A stretch of DNA of 64,000 nucleotides from positions 620,001 through 684,000 of the forward strand of contig MU005957.1 of the NCBI GenBank assembly GCA_010093745.1. Direction: 5' to 3'. The position numbers were made by a program, and so were the translations under genes. The notes below the pieces were generated by a model. That model was given only the letters and a program-made list of their open reading frames with translations. It ran no database searches and was not told the DNA's origin. Positions 12,463-25,900 of the stretch are shown here, piece after piece. This stretch comes from Piedraia hortae CBS 480.64. Its lineage: Eukaryota. Each line of letters begins with the position of its first letter. Position 1 is the first letter of the stretch.

Positions 12463-15400
12463 CATGGCCAGATCCGCGTCAATTGCTCTCAATATACTTC
12501 AATTCAGAGTATGTGAACCATGCAGTCAAGTGATCTAAGTAATTCTCGATCAATTGATTTCACCAACTGTTTGCTATCACGTGAGGTAGAAAAAGAGTTT
12601 TGATGTCAATCTATATATGTCGCAGAACTTGCCTTCAAAGAGTCAAGGTTTAAATGCGCAAGAAACTTGGCTTAGGGCGGTTATAGGCCTACATGATGGA
12701 CTCTGTGTGTCATGTCGGTTGAATCTGCCTAACATGCGCTCCCTATGTGTTGGTCGTAGACCTAAATTCCATTCGTGCTTGAGCATATGCACGTTCAGCA
12801 TCCAACGACTGGAAGGATCGTTTTCTGCATGTTCCCAAACGTAACCGGCGACGTCCTCGCGCTCAACTCGACTGGCAGAACCAACGTACGTCTTCTTGCA
12901 GGAGCAACTGCATAAATGCTGGACGTTCACGACAGTTGATATCTGTCGGACCTCAACGTGCCGATTCTGTTCCAGCGACGCTATCACAGCAATGCTCTCC
13001 ATTCTGCAGAAATCGTCGGTCTCGGTGCTGGATGGAACAGGATCGAATGTCCCAAGAAGGGCAAACTCGCGTCTTATAGCGAGTTCACGGAGCAGGAACA
13101 TGATCCGAAAGATTCTGTCGCTGGATGTGCATTTGACGAACGCCCCTGCCTGACAAGTTGCAACGCCCCGTAAACGCTCGTAGCCTTTGTACGATCCTGT
13201 GGCCCAGCGAAGCGCATATCACTACTCAAGTTCCTGGGCTCCAGGCACGCACTTTTTGGTAAGCTGCCAAATGCTTGCTGTGGGCGAAGTCGCATTAGGG
13301 GAATCAAGCATGTCTCGGACGTTCTGGCTGCTCATCAAGTCAACAAGTTGGCGTCCCGGCCCGACCATGTGCGTCCTCTCAACGCACCACCAGCCGCCAT
13401 AGCGGAGGAATAGCAGCCCCGTTCTTATAGCAGCTTTGGCTGCAATGTCTCGAGAAGTGGCTTGGCGATTGCTGAACGCCATTAACTGGCGCAGTTGTCT
13501 ATTTCCAGCCTCTTGAGTTTCTACGATAGCCCCAACGATGGAATCAAATCGTTTCACCCAATCTGGGATGTGGCAGAGCAAATGGACCTTGATTTTCCCC
13601 CAATTCTGCTGCAACCCCACAGGTTGCTCCATGATCTTAGCAAATCATCGCTCGTTTCCCGAAATTCGCTGCTCCAGGCAGGGAGGTCCTCGATCTGCGT
13701 CACCCTGAGGAGACAGGCCAGCTTGGCTGCAGCGCACCAAACGTGGAGCAGCAAATCTACTTCCGTCATGTTTTCCGAAGCATAATACGATATCAATATG
13801 CTAGGCTAAACTTGTAGAATGTTTTTGTAATCCCCTCCCGTTAGAGACATAACGTATTTAGTAATCTGTCGACGACTAACAAACTCGGTCAACCTGTCCT
13901 TATCGATTGCCATGGCACGGAGAGCAATGTCCTCGATATCACGCTTGATGGTTGGGTGGTCCATGGTGAGGTTGATCAAATGTCAAGTGATCCCCAGATG
14001 GATGCTACGGAGAAGTTCGTATGGGAAATCAACGTGAGGATTGAAACCCGGCAGGCTGTAGACGCCTGAAAGTGGTGGCTTGACCCCTTTCTTACGATTT
14101 TTCCCACAAGCTGTTGTATTTTCAACATTCCTGAGGTTGCCGGGGTATGCAAAATCCTCCCAGCTGCCAGCTTGCCTTGGGCAGTAAAAATCGCATACCC
14201 GACAAGGGTAAAGGCTGTTTAAAGAATGGGACATCATCTCTCCAACTTCGACATTGTATCCGAGGCCTTGACATACGCCGCCACGAACTAATTGTATGGT
14301 CTTCGTCTCAGGGTTGAAAGCCTTGGTGCCGCGTTCTAGCTCAGCCAAGTCTTACTTAAAAGACTCAAGCGTGGTTGAGCCTTTCATCTTCGGCCCGATG
14401 ATAGTGAATTTGTTGGCAGGTCGGTTGAAGTTGTCCTGTTTTATTTCATAGTTAAAGAGAGCCATATTGAAGAAGGGATTTTTACTTTACGTGCTTTCCC
14501 GGCGAAAGTGAAAGAGAATACCTTATGAGGGCTGGGCCTCGAGCTCCTGACCGAGCTTACCCCATCTGACCTGAAGTTGACATTGACCTGTTTCAAGTCA
14601 ATGCTCCTGCCTTCCATCTATTCCCTCAAGGCATGTGGTTTGGTCAGAAACTCCTTGAAAGTTGGATCAAGCTCTTCCCCTTTATCCGAAACAAACTTGA
14701 ATGAAGCGGAAAGGTAGACTTCAGAAATTTCAAGGCCCTAGAGGAAGATGACAGTGGTCGAATTGATAGTCGGAAACCCATCTTCCGTTGAAAGTGTAAC
14801 CGAGGTCCCACGGCCGATGGCTCCTGGAGATCGAAGCACTGTGTCGCGTACCGCCTCGCCCTTACCACTTAATCCTGACTGTATTTCGCAACCGTAGAAT
14901 AAGGCGGAGTCCGTGGAATGGGCGCGCTTCAGCTCCAAGTCATCCCCGAGCCAGACATCCGCGACTGCACTCCCAAGATCGAGGGTTTCTATTGGTAGCA
15001 AAAGCCAAAGACTCCACCTCCACTTCGTAACGTTCCAGATCTTGGAACATTTGCGGATATCCAACAATTGGTCAGTGCTGATCTCGTTCATAGGTTGTGA
15101 TAAGACCACTTGGGGATGCTGGATAAGCGGTGGACCGGGTTTGGCAAGTACCATGCAAATAGAGTCCAGCATGCTAACCACATAGAATGGCTTGCCCTCA
15201 GAATCTTGTCTACGAATAACTTCTGGGCTCGGAATGCGCTGGTCATAGGATGAAAGCTCGCTCATAGTTGGTAAATCCGACGATTTCACCTTGTCATCGA
15301 GAATATTACGAATAAGCCGAAGAATCCTACCCATGAGAGCCTAGCCTATCACATTCTTCTGGGCTCGGTAATAAAGTATGCACCTGCGCATGGGCATTAG

Positions 15401-18027
15401 ATGTATACGTGTAGTAGGCCGAGTTACGCTTAGATATGCGAACTGAAGAAGGGGGCACAAAGGAGATGGATCACGAGGCATTGGAATGCAATCACGTCGC
15501 ATCAGTCTTGTGGTCTTTCAATCACAGCCGTGAATGACCTGTCTCATCTTCAGATCCACTGCTCACGTCCTCATACTCGGAGTTGGAACTGATATCGTGT
15601 ACATCACTAAGTTCAGCTGGATCACCAGTTTCCTCAATGACATCCTCATCCACCCACTCCATCTCATCGGAGTAGTCGTCAAAGGTGCCCAATCTATAAT
15701 GTCAAATTTTGCAGAGATAGACTGTATTGCGTGTGTAGCTTCCACTCTGTGATTGGTTTCTGCGGGGTGCAAGCCTTTCCATGCTCGCCATTGGGAGATG
15801 GCGGCCCGCCCTTCATATGTGCGCATGAAGATTTTGTATTGGCGGTACTTCTCTGATTTATTGCGCTTTTCTTGTTCCTTGAAGCCTTGATGCACCTGAG
15901 ATGAAAGAGGTTTTCTGAGGTTAGTGTATTGCTTGAAAGCTTGCGCACCTTCCACCATTTACTGGGGGGGCAGACAGGGCAGTCCACTGGAAGATTCTTC
16001 GCGCTGATGTCTTGCACTTCTTGCGGAGTATACAAAATTGAGTGGTCACTGGCTAGATACACTCCAACTTTGTTTGGGGATTGAAACTCTGACAATTGAA
16101 GTGATGACGTCAGCATGCACATGGGGACGCCGGACCGGGCCGTCGAATCAATCCAGATCCCCGGATGCTTGCGACTTCACGTGATTGCGATATCTTGTTC
16201 ACACCTCTGCGAAGCCGTTACTTCCTTGGTTTTCAGGGACACGAAGCACAACATTCCACACTCCGACAACGATCCAAATAAGCCAATCTTCGAAGCTGCT
16301 TGTGATGGAACATAAGACTATGGGGGCCGCCGTTCAGGGATCGACCGCGACATCAATTCGTTTAGACCGCCTTGCTGGACGGTCTAGACTGTATTGATCA
16401 GCACTTCTGACCGGGATACGGAAGCAACCTCTCGCCTTTGGTTCTAGAAAGATTCTTGTACACTTTGCTACTCCCATCTGTTGAAAAACACTTTACACAC
16501 CTCTTTTGCAATCCCATGGAAGACCCAAGTTCCACCAATATGGCTGAAAAATCCACAAAAGCTCCGAAGCGCAAGGCAACTCCCAAGCGCAGACCCTGCT
16601 GAGTCCCCGGAGCCAGAAGAGTACAATCTCACTTCACTTCTGCATAATACATGTTGCATCGTTGTTAACATCATCGATTCGATCTTTTCACCAACGCGTT
16701 TGGCTGCATATAGAGTCCATTCTGAAACTGGACTTACTATAACATCTCAATCACCTAACGTCCCACCACCAAGCCCATAAGCCGTAGGTATAACAATCGC
16801 GCATGCACGCCAGATCATGGACACGTCACAGTCGCTGGGACAGAACCAGCAGAAACTAGAGCGAAAACAGAGACAAATAATGAGGGGCCAGGAGCGCCTT
16901 GGTGAACGGTTGGAGGCATTGGCAGGAAAAACTACACAGGTTGACACCGAGCTGGCCATCAGACGCGTAAGTTACAGTTTTGTGGGCATCGACTAGACGC
17001 ATGAAAGCAGCCTCTAATAAAATAACAGGCCGGCCGTCAGGCCACCAAACAGCACCTGATCTGGGATCACTATGATCCCAGGTTTTGGGAGGTCAGGAAG
17101 GTTGACAAGGTTGTCGTACGTGTTGCACCGTTTCAGTTATCCTGCAATGTCAACGACTGACGACTTCTACAGGATCGTCTTATCAAGAAGGGGCTATTGC
17201 AAAATACCCCTGGGTAAAAGATGCTGGCATTGATCAGCAGGGTGCGCTCAGAAGAACTTTGCCACTATATAGGACGTGCCTGTCCGCCGTGAGGGGCATA
17301 GACGACGCATTGTGGACAGTCGTCCACACCCTCGCCGGCAGTGGCACCGTGGCCGAAAGCACAGTCTCAGAAAAGCAAAGACAAACGGCCGCTGTCTGGA
17401 TATGTTAGCAAGATACACATTATATGTTCCAAACGGGTATCCTAACTTGTTCGCGCAGAGATGGAAGGCTGATAGAATGGATCCCACGATTCTACAATTC
17501 TATGTAGCCACCAACAAGGACTACACTGCTCTGAGCAAGAGCGAAAGGTACGAAAGCTCTGCCGCTCAATAACACCCACACTATTGCTAATCACTGACAG
17601 GACAGTAGGGTTGCCAAAGAACTTGCAGAAGAATGGGTGGAAAAGAACAAGCAAGGCAATGTTGTTGGATGTAAGACCCACGCTGTTGAGGAGGTAGTGT
17701 TCCCTGTGCTGAAGTCGGGGTCATAGTCGGCGGGGGACGAGGGAAGTTCACAGGCGGAATTCCAGACTGGGCAGATCTGGTTCAGCTAGTTAGATATCAT
17801 TTTAATTGTATTGGAATCGCGAATATGCGTGAGAACGACATAGAGCTTATATTCCTATCAACTGATGGCAATGATGACATCAACTGATTTAACACAATAT
17901 TTCAATTGAGACCAAGTTCTGAGCTCATTTGATCTAACCAGTAGTAGATCAATTGAAATATATGTTAATATCATTTGATGTTCAAAGACACTTTAAGTTG
18001 ATTTCACTTGACGCAGAATTGGTAGTG
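12463..18027 (-). mobile_element. Degenerate CMC/CACTA(EnSpm)-like DNA transposon
   Basis: Minus-strand fragments at ~12640-15340: SH..NSLYPCRVC, FNPHVDFPYELLRSIHLG, KVHLLCHIPDWVKRF...SNRQATSRDIA, NVQHLCSCSCK..VERE. The right end reads CACTACC on the minus strand, with an imperfect inverted match at 12463 and TCAA(T/G)TGA-like subterminal repeats. Confidence 0.6.
16817..17790 (+). pseudogene. Spliced accessory gene remnant inside the CMC-like element
   Basis: ATG 16817 starts a coiled-coil exon; GT-AG introns at 16967-17028 and 17116-17172 have branch sites; premature stops follow. Confidence 0.45.
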
Positions 18028-18055
18028 GAGAGTGCGCAACATATTGCGGGTACTC

Positions 18056-18151
18056 GGTTTGTCTGTTTGTCTTTTGTTTATTTTATTTACGCCAGGCATC
18101 TCGACCGCTAAAGGTCGGCTGTAGCCTCCCAAGGGGCATGTGGGCATGTGT
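18056..18151 (-). mobile_element. 5'-truncated Tad1-like LINE 3' end
   Basis: Conserved 3' hairpin module plus A-rich tail; TSD GGGTACTC at 18048-18055 and 18152-18159. Confidence 0.8.
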
Positions 18152-18299
18152 GGGTACTCAGTCTCTATCTAGAGGTAAAGAAGAATCGGGTGTATTAGAG
18201 TGTTGCGAATATGTTGGCACTACGATGTATGATAGATAGTCTGTAAGGATATTCGCTGCGAATCGCATTTGGCTTAGTTTTTGGGATACTACAGCGAAG

Positions 18300-19655
18300 A
18301 CAACCCTATCATATCTGATGTGGATTATCTTCGTGTGGGAGGCGGACCATCTCGTTCCAGGGCAACTTGCCAGAGACCAGGCTGAACCAGGCTTGTGTAT
18401 TCAAAGCCACCTTGACCATAATTGGCCGTTAACCACGACGCTACCTGCCTTGTTTCATGATTGGCTAGTTACATTCAAGGCGAACAGCCGCTGACAAAGA
18501 CCGTACAACCTCTTGTCGGTGGACTGCAGGTTTGAAGCACACTTGGCCTAAATTTATCCTCGTGAAGCCAAGTAGTGAAACCATACAGAGATACGGCGTC
18601 TCGAAGAGGCATTATCTTACGCCGGGCAGCCCGTCGAGCTGGGCAGTGGGAGCTACGACCGTGAAGAGGACCTCGAAATCCCTGAAAACTGGCTAAGGCT
18701 AGTAAGGTACCTAGAAAGAGAATGGCGGCCCCATAAAACGCTTTGCGCCAAGGCCTGGACAAACCAAGATCATCATTTTGGCCACACCGCCACTTCCCCA
18801 GTGGAAGGTGGCCACGCGGGCCTCAATTCATGGCTCCATAGCTCTGAAAGTGACTTGTTCACTTTTTACAATCAGCTCGGGCCACTCTGAGGCCCACGTT
18901 GAGAGAAATACTAGGTGCCTGAGAACGGCCAAGGATAAGCGGCACCCGCGGTTTCATGGTAAGAGATTTTTCAACACGCTTGTGGGAGTAGTATCTGTGA
19001 AGGCGTCGAGGGAGCTCGAGATTCAAATCAGGAAGAGTAAAATAGAGAAACACCGGCGCTGTACGGAGTCCGATTACGTCCGGCCAGATTGCACAGGTGT
19101 TTTCGAACCAATTACGGGCATTCTTTGTGCGCACCATCTGGAGAAGTTTCTAGTTGATCATGAGTGGCATCAAGACCCGTTGCGTTTATCGGGTCTGTTT
19201 GACAAATTTTATCAGGTCACACGGGCAGACACCACAGCGGTAGTCCGAAGACCCCTTCGGCAATTGGAGGTGAACCTCGTAGGATATTGGAGCCTCGTTC
19301 CCGGCATCAGTCAAGGTTGGCAGCACAGTTACGGCCTCATGAGCGCGGGGTCGGGCTGAACGGTACTACTCGAGGGCTATCGAATGCGGAGCGGTTGAAC
19401 GCAGCCAGTTGAATATAGGCCGTGCTAATTCCAAGGCGGAGCGCCCTGGCAGATGCTGTTCAAGAGCCAACACAGGTTGCAAGGAGGAATGGGGAGCCTG
19501 AGCGACCGATTCAAACGCAGATCGCTGATCCTGCCACCTTCTCGACGATCACATTCTGCCCATGCAAGTCTGAGTGCAGCCTTGGGCATTGCAGATGTGC
19601 CAAAGAGCAGTTACAGTGTGGCCCAATGTCTCTTGGAGGCACTCCTTGCGGGCAT
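18300..19655 (+). mobile_element. Degenerate Mutator-like (MULE) transposase remnant
   Basis: HFGHTATSPVEGGHA, CTGVFEPITGILCAHHL..W and a Cys-rich CPCKSEC...CRCAK...C tail; frameshifted. Boundaries are approximate. Confidence 0.65.
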
Positions 19656-19659
19656 CGAG

Positions 19660-21092
19660 GATTGGCGGAAGCCAGTCCGACAGCTACAGGCGTTAAAGGC
19701 CGAAGCTAAAAGAATCTTCGCCGACGTTGTGAGAGAGGACTGGAATAGGCTCAAAGCCAAGCTCTCAGCCAAGTACAAGCAATTGATTTGCCGTTCATCG
19801 TGCAAAAGTATAAATCGTTCTTTTTGCCAAGGCCGGATCTGCAACGCTTGTTGGCGCTACGGACCAGACACGGCGACTTTGCGAAGTACCGCCTCCGCTT
19901 TGGTCATTAAGACGCGACGACTATGGATTGTAGTTACGGAAGGCCAAAAGCCCCGGATTGATTGATTGATTTGATGTTTTACGCCGGGCGAAATGACCGC
20001 TAACGGCCATTCGCAGCCTCCCGAAGGGCATGGGGGCGTGCTAAACTAGGTCTACCTACATACGTTAGGTTCCTTAGCAAGCATCTCGAGCCTCAAAGGG
20101 CTGTTATCCAGCCGCGGTCCTCCTCCGCATTGCGGGATAGCCTGCGGCCTGTGTTTCCCATAGATGTTGCTCAGCCGCGCGGACAGATTTCTCGAAAGAA
20201 ACCTGTGTTGGCAACAAACGCGGCAAAGTCTGTGGGCCTTCTGACCAGGTCGGCAAGATACTTCTTCCGCCCTTCGAAATCCAGCATCCGCCTCGGTCCA
20301 TCCCAGAACCAAGGCCAGACTCGCCACTGGCGAACAACGCGCGGGCAATGCACCAAGTGCTCAGAGGCCTTTGGTCGGCCGCACCTGCAGTTGAGAACTG
20401 CGTTGTCGTGATGGAAGCGGCGATGGTATGCCGCAAAGTCTCCGTGTCCCGTTCTCAGCACCAGAAGGCGCTGAAGGATCGGGCGTCCCAGGTGGAGTTC
20501 GGCGTTCTCCCGCACCGCATACGGGAGTCGCCAGGACTTGTAAAGGTCAGAGAGGGTCGCTTCCAGCTCCCGCCAGTGCTGTCTCTCTATGTCGTCCAGA
20601 ATCTTCTTGGCCTCGGACTTGATGCCAGCGGCCGGTCCCCAAAAGCCCCGGACCATCCTGTCCACTGCTTACTCATCCAACGACGATGGAGGCTGTGGCC
20701 ATGGTTCTGAGTGAGCCCAAGACGCATCCTGGATTAAAACGCCAGGTGCAAGTACCTCGCTGAACTGGTACGGAAACCTCAGCACTTCGCCGCGTTCCTT
20801 GCCAACACTGGATTTTTTCGCGAGCTTTGCCCTCGTGGAGAGCTGGTGCGACAGAGGAGCAATGACAACACAACGTCGTAGACAGGTCCCGCTATGTGGA
20901 GAAGTGCCACAGCCCAAACTCCTCGGAAACCTCTCGGGAAAAGATTTGCTGGTTAGGTAGGTCACAAGGCCGTAAATAGTTTTCCTAGCTTATATAGTAC
21001 GCCCCCATGCCCCTCGGGAGGTCGCGGTTAGTCCTTCAGGACGACACCATCTTGGCATTAAGCAATACAACAACATCAATAACAACAACAAA
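19660..21092 (+). mobile_element. Older Tad1-like LINE 3' fragment interrupted by a younger LINE
   Basis: Joining across the insertion gives GHGDFAKYRLRFGH...C..GRPKAP/DHPVHC...WPWF...FAAFLANTGFFRELCPRG. The 3' hairpin module and (AAC)n tail lie at ~21000-21092. Confidence 0.8.
19958..20638 (-). mobile_element. 5'-truncated Tad1-like LINE (ORF2 C-terminal CCHC region, 3' UTR, (AATC)n tail)
   Basis: RTGHGDFAAYHRRFHH...CRCG...EHLVHC; 14-bp TSD CCAAAAGCCCCGGA at 19944-19957 and 20639-20652. Confidence 0.9.
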
Positions 21093-21458
21093 ATATGCGC
21101 AAGTGTATTATTAATGCAACACTGTGGAAGATTGTGCCATCAGACAGGGTTTCCGGTCTTATCTCACACAAGCTGAAATCCAATACAAGCGCACTGCGCA
21201 CGATTATCGAAGTGGTGCGCATCTTGCAGGACATCTGGCTGTCGTCGCATAACCGCAAACTTGGTGCGGGAGATGTCATTATTGATGAGGACGCGCACCA
21301 TACACGTGGCCCCCTAGGTATGGCCAGTACATTTCAGAGCTCGATCAATCATCTCGTCCAAGCCCTAATTGTGCCTCTATTTTATATCTCCATCTACCTT
21401 GGTTGACGTGGTTGACTGGGCTGCAAAGGGCGGACACCCTGGGCGGTCTCAAAGCAGC

Positions 21459-21535
21459 GTTTGTTTGTTTGCCATCTAACACCGAGCTGGTGTCGTTCCA
21501 AAGGACTGACCGCGGCCTCCCAAAGGGCATGGGGA
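21459..21535 (-). mobile_element. Short Tad1-like LINE 3' end
   Basis: Minus strand reads CCCCATGCCCTTTGGGAGGCCGCGG...GACACC with an (AAAC)n tail. Confidence 0.7.
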
Positions 21536-21970
21536 TACAACGCCAGTCACACGACAGTCGTCGCCATACGAGATAAAACTGCAATACCATAAATCGGCTG
21601 TTTTCGGTCACACCACTGGTGTGCCCTCATGGGCATGCTGTCATGCTCTGGAAAACAGATTCGTCCGAGATTCTTTCCATTGGGGTCAGATGCTCTCAAT
21701 AAACTCACACAACTCAGCAGGCGTCTAATAGACTGTTAGCACGATCGGTGGTTGAGAAGTGGCGTCGACTCCAAGCTAAAATGGATCATCCAAGCTCAAC
21801 CCATCCCAAGCTGGACAGCCTTCCGGAACGTTTAACAGCTGTCGTGGTAAACATGAAAAATGTATGAGCACACATGGCCAACGGCTGGATTGGGACTCAC
21901 CTCAGCGCCCTAGAGATCATGGACGATTCGCCGGATAGATTATGTTTAGACAGCCTCCGTGGAGGGGGCT

Positions 21971-22787
21971 TATTCATTTGTGCTATTTTACGTTGGGCAG
22001 CTCGACCGCTAGGGGTCGACTGCAGCCTTCCATGGGGCATGTGGGCATGCTAGACTAGGACAATTTGGAGTTGCTATCTACCCAGCCAGCATCTCCAGCC
22101 CCGCAGGGCACATCAGTCTCCTCTTGCTGTAGTCGCCCTTCGCTTGCAAGGGAAACGTACAGTTCATGACGTTTATTAGCGCTGCACTTACCGCGGGAGG
22201 AAACAGGGAGTGTTATGAGCTCTGCTAGAAGTGGAAGTTGGTTTTAGAGGTCTAGTCCAGCAACGTGATATCAAGCTGTAGATCAGCCTTTTGAGGGACT
22301 AGACATTGGTTTCATCCGCTCCATACTGCGGGGACTGTAATTATCACTTGCATCTTAAGTTGGTATCACGTTCACGTCAGCTCTTGGCATTCTCAATCGT
22401 GCTAGTACTAGCTTTCGGCGCTAGTGCTCGCATCTCACTTTACTGGAATCGCTGATGACGCCATCGCATCGATTATATGTTTTATCAAAGACTATGCATC
22501 CGTGAAAGTTGCGGTCATCACTGCCGGGAGGCCAGCAACTGGAACAACTGGTACAAAGCCGCCATTCCGCCTCCCGCTGCGCTAACAACTCTTGAATTTG
22601 TACTGTCGACATCGTCATAACAGGGAGAGTCGCTCCAGCTTCATTCAACGCAATTGGGAGTTGGGACTGGCCCTGGTCTAGTGACTGAGCAGGCGCCCTC
22701 GTCCAGCATGTCGGCCAGCTCCTTTCCTTGGATGCCCGTATTGCTACGTCCCGGCATTGACCGAATGACTTACGATGCGGTGGCTAA
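21971..22787 (-). mobile_element. Degenerate Tad1-like LINE (RNase H remnant to 3' end); may continue beyond the copia at ~28010-29100
   Basis: 3' hairpin module at 21971-22060 and RNase H-like TGIQGKELAD near 22720. A weak RT-like NGSPLLSML lies near 28830. Confidence 0.6.
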
Positions 22788-22944
22788 TGTCAATTCTTGC
22801 CGGTGCCTCGGCATGTCGACCGTATGATAGACATTGTTGTCGCTGACAGATTAGTTGTTTCTTGTACATAGCTCCGCCCGCCGGCTCGGGCGGGCAGTCT
22901 CGTTGTCTTTCTTTCATCGCTGTTTCTTTTCAACACCAGTAATA
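22788..22944 (+). repeat. 5' LTR of the copia element
   Basis: Direct repeat of 27852-28010, with about 14 substitutions counted by eye. Confidence 0.85.
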
Positions 22945-25900
22945 GTTATAAGCCCTAAATTTCGCATTCAAAGTTAAGCTTACATGCCATCGCAACGTTC
23001 GACGCTAGCACAACCTGCACGATCTAAAAAATACTCCTTTTCGCACACACACCCAGAACGGCGCCTCCCTTCCACGGCTACAGGATACCCATTGACTTCA
23101 TCACATGGATCGATGCTATCCAAGCCTACGCGTCTTACGAGGGCATATGGCGCTATGTTGACTTCACTAGTGACGAACCCGACCTCGTTGTTCTACCTGA
23201 GCGGCCAGTTCGTCCAATCGAGGCGAAGACATTAATGAGTTCCGATTGGCGCCTGGAGTTTGGAAATCCGAACTCGAGGAATACAAGCTCGTAATGCGCG
23301 CGACGTCGAACATGTCCAGCAACGGCTGTTCCACTTTGTTCAATATGGTCATGACAAGCTTGTCTCCAGACCTCCGTGCGCGCTATCATGAAAAATTTTG
23401 GGCGATTGATTCCTTGTACACCATTCTGCGTATGATATCTAATGATTTTGGCCCAGATATTCCACACCAGAGTCGAAACCTTGAGAATAAATGGGCGTCT
23501 GCGGTCACACCAGCGGCTTTACAGCAACAAGGATTAGAGGCTTCGGTCACTGAGATCAGAAAAATCCATTCGCACCTCGAGGCCATTGGAACAGCAGTGC
23601 TGAAAGTGCCAGAAGCCCCATATCAAGGTTTTCCAAGTCTTCGTCCATTTCCTTAGTCATTACCCCTCAAGGCGAACTCCTTATGGGTTGGCAGGTCAAC
23701 CCCCGAGGAAGCCCCGCCGTTTCATGAATGGTTGAACAAGCGTATACGTCTAATCACCACATTTCAGCCCAAGACGTCGACAGCACTACACCAAGTCACG
23801 TTTGCGGCGTTCCAAGGCCATACAGACCATGTGGTAGACGTAAATACAGCCAATAGGCCCAAAGCGACAAGTCCGCCACCCACTTGCGATGCGTGTGGTA
23901 CGGAAAACCATGTTGCAAAGGATTGTCGAAGCCTCAAAGCTAAATGCTTTAGTCAACGTAGCCGATTACTTTCACAAAAGCAGTGGCAAAGACTTCTTTA
24001 TTACATTGACCACAATGAAAAATTGACTCAGTCTTGGCACGGCCAAGGTATTCGGCGCGACATACCGGACAACACAACAAAGTCTGCAACACTGAAGACG
24101 TTCTCTGCGGTGTCGACTGAGCCATCTGAACTGGTAACCTCAAACACTACAAGTGCCCCAAGAAGCTAGACTGGGTGGTACTTTCTCTGCAGTCTCACAT
24201 TGCCCAATCTCAGCGTCAATCTCTTCCCAGGATGACGGTCAAGCCACTGACCTAACAAACTCGTGGATACTGGACACAGGATCCGACTCCAACATTTGTA
24301 ATGACATAAGCAAGTTCACCCTGATCCCGGCCTACAATACGCCCCATGAAACGCTAATGGGTGATGGCCGATCCTTGGCGCTAGGCGTCGGGAAAGCTCT
24401 TCTCACTGCAACCCTCAGCACAGGCGAGCGAGTTCTATATAAGATCTCGAATGTCGAACTGATTCCCAAGATGCATACCAACGTTGTATCACTTGCACAC
24501 TTGGAGGAAAAGGGGTTGTTTTCTAAAAAGGCACCATCTGCTCTATGAGCAGGGTGGGGAATGGTGCGCCCTAAAGAAGATACATCGTCTTTACTTCATT
24601 CAACATGTCAGCCACCCATCCCATGCAACGTTGAACGACGCCACAACTTTGCCTTCCAATCCCACAGTCTCCTTAACGCTAAGTAGTGGAATTTTTTCAG
24701 CACCAACCAAACACTGCAGGCGTTCTGTGTAGATGAAGGGATAGAAATCCTGCCAATGAGCCCGCATACACCACACGAAAACTTCGCAGAGCAGTTAGGC
24801 AGCACAATTGCAACCACGGCAAGAGCCTGGTTTGTAGAATCCGGCCTGCCAGACCGGTTTTGGCCACAATTGACGTTTACGGCGGTTTAAGTCCTTAATA
24901 GGCTTCCAACCAAAGTCCTTGGATGGCAAACGCCTAAGCAAGCGCTATTGCACTGGCTAAAAACGCACAAGGCATCCAAGTTTTCCCATGTGGAGGATAA
25001 CACAGCTACGAACCTGGCTCATCTACGCCGAATTGGGTGTCGTTGTTACACACTTCCTACCAAGGTCTTGCAGCATGTTCAGAAAGTACAACTACGTGTG
25101 CACGAAAGGGCTGATACCGGGTATCTATTGGGTTACAAATCCACAAGCCAATACTAGGTCTGGATCCCTACCCTAAATTGCGTCATAAATACGCCCCATG
25201 TTATGTTCAATGAGCGTTTTGTCTACGTGAATGACAAGCATGCATCCACGCTCAAACAGCACATCACTTCCCCAACGGATCGCCTGTTGTTGGACAAAGC
25301 CCTCAAGTTCTGCAAGGTGTTCAAGGATATGAATAAGATCTGTTGGAAGATTCCATTTCGTTCGACAGTTCACCGATCAATGGTCGCCAAACCCGTCCTA
25401 AGATGCCGCACAGCGACCACTTGCCAACACTCGTCTCTCTTTCTCCGACGTCGCCACGCATGTCGTTTGAACAGCTCGAGCATTTTTGGCTTCCCTCCCC
25501 AATCGGAGACTCCACGGATGATGCGATGTGAGGCCTGACATCTGCAAATATCCTCACTCACGACCACGCAAGCAATCCAGCAAAGCCTTACATTCCATAA
25601 TGGCTGTACTGTCCTCGTCAATGGCCAAAAGCGATGGCAATGACACAGACATCATCACACCAAAGCATAGAGGAGAGGCTCTCAACTGTCCTCAAAGGGA
25701 CAAATGGTTAGAAGCCGAGCGGCGAGAGCTGCAACGATCGAGGATAACGAAACATACGTTGTTGAGCATATTTCCAGCGCCGATGGGTATCAGACTCCAT
25801 GCTTGACGTGGGTATATAGGCTGAAGAGAGATCCGGAGACAATGCAGTTTCCCAATTTAAGGCGCGGCTTTGCATGCGAGGTGATGAGCAGAGTGATCAA

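Noticed and set aside
19975..20045. LINE 3' structure as a hammerhead/HDV ribozyme or tRNA-derived SINE
   Set aside because: No CUGAnGA/GAAA core, no HDV nested pseudoknot and no A/B boxes; it is directly attached to LINE ORF2 in two copies.
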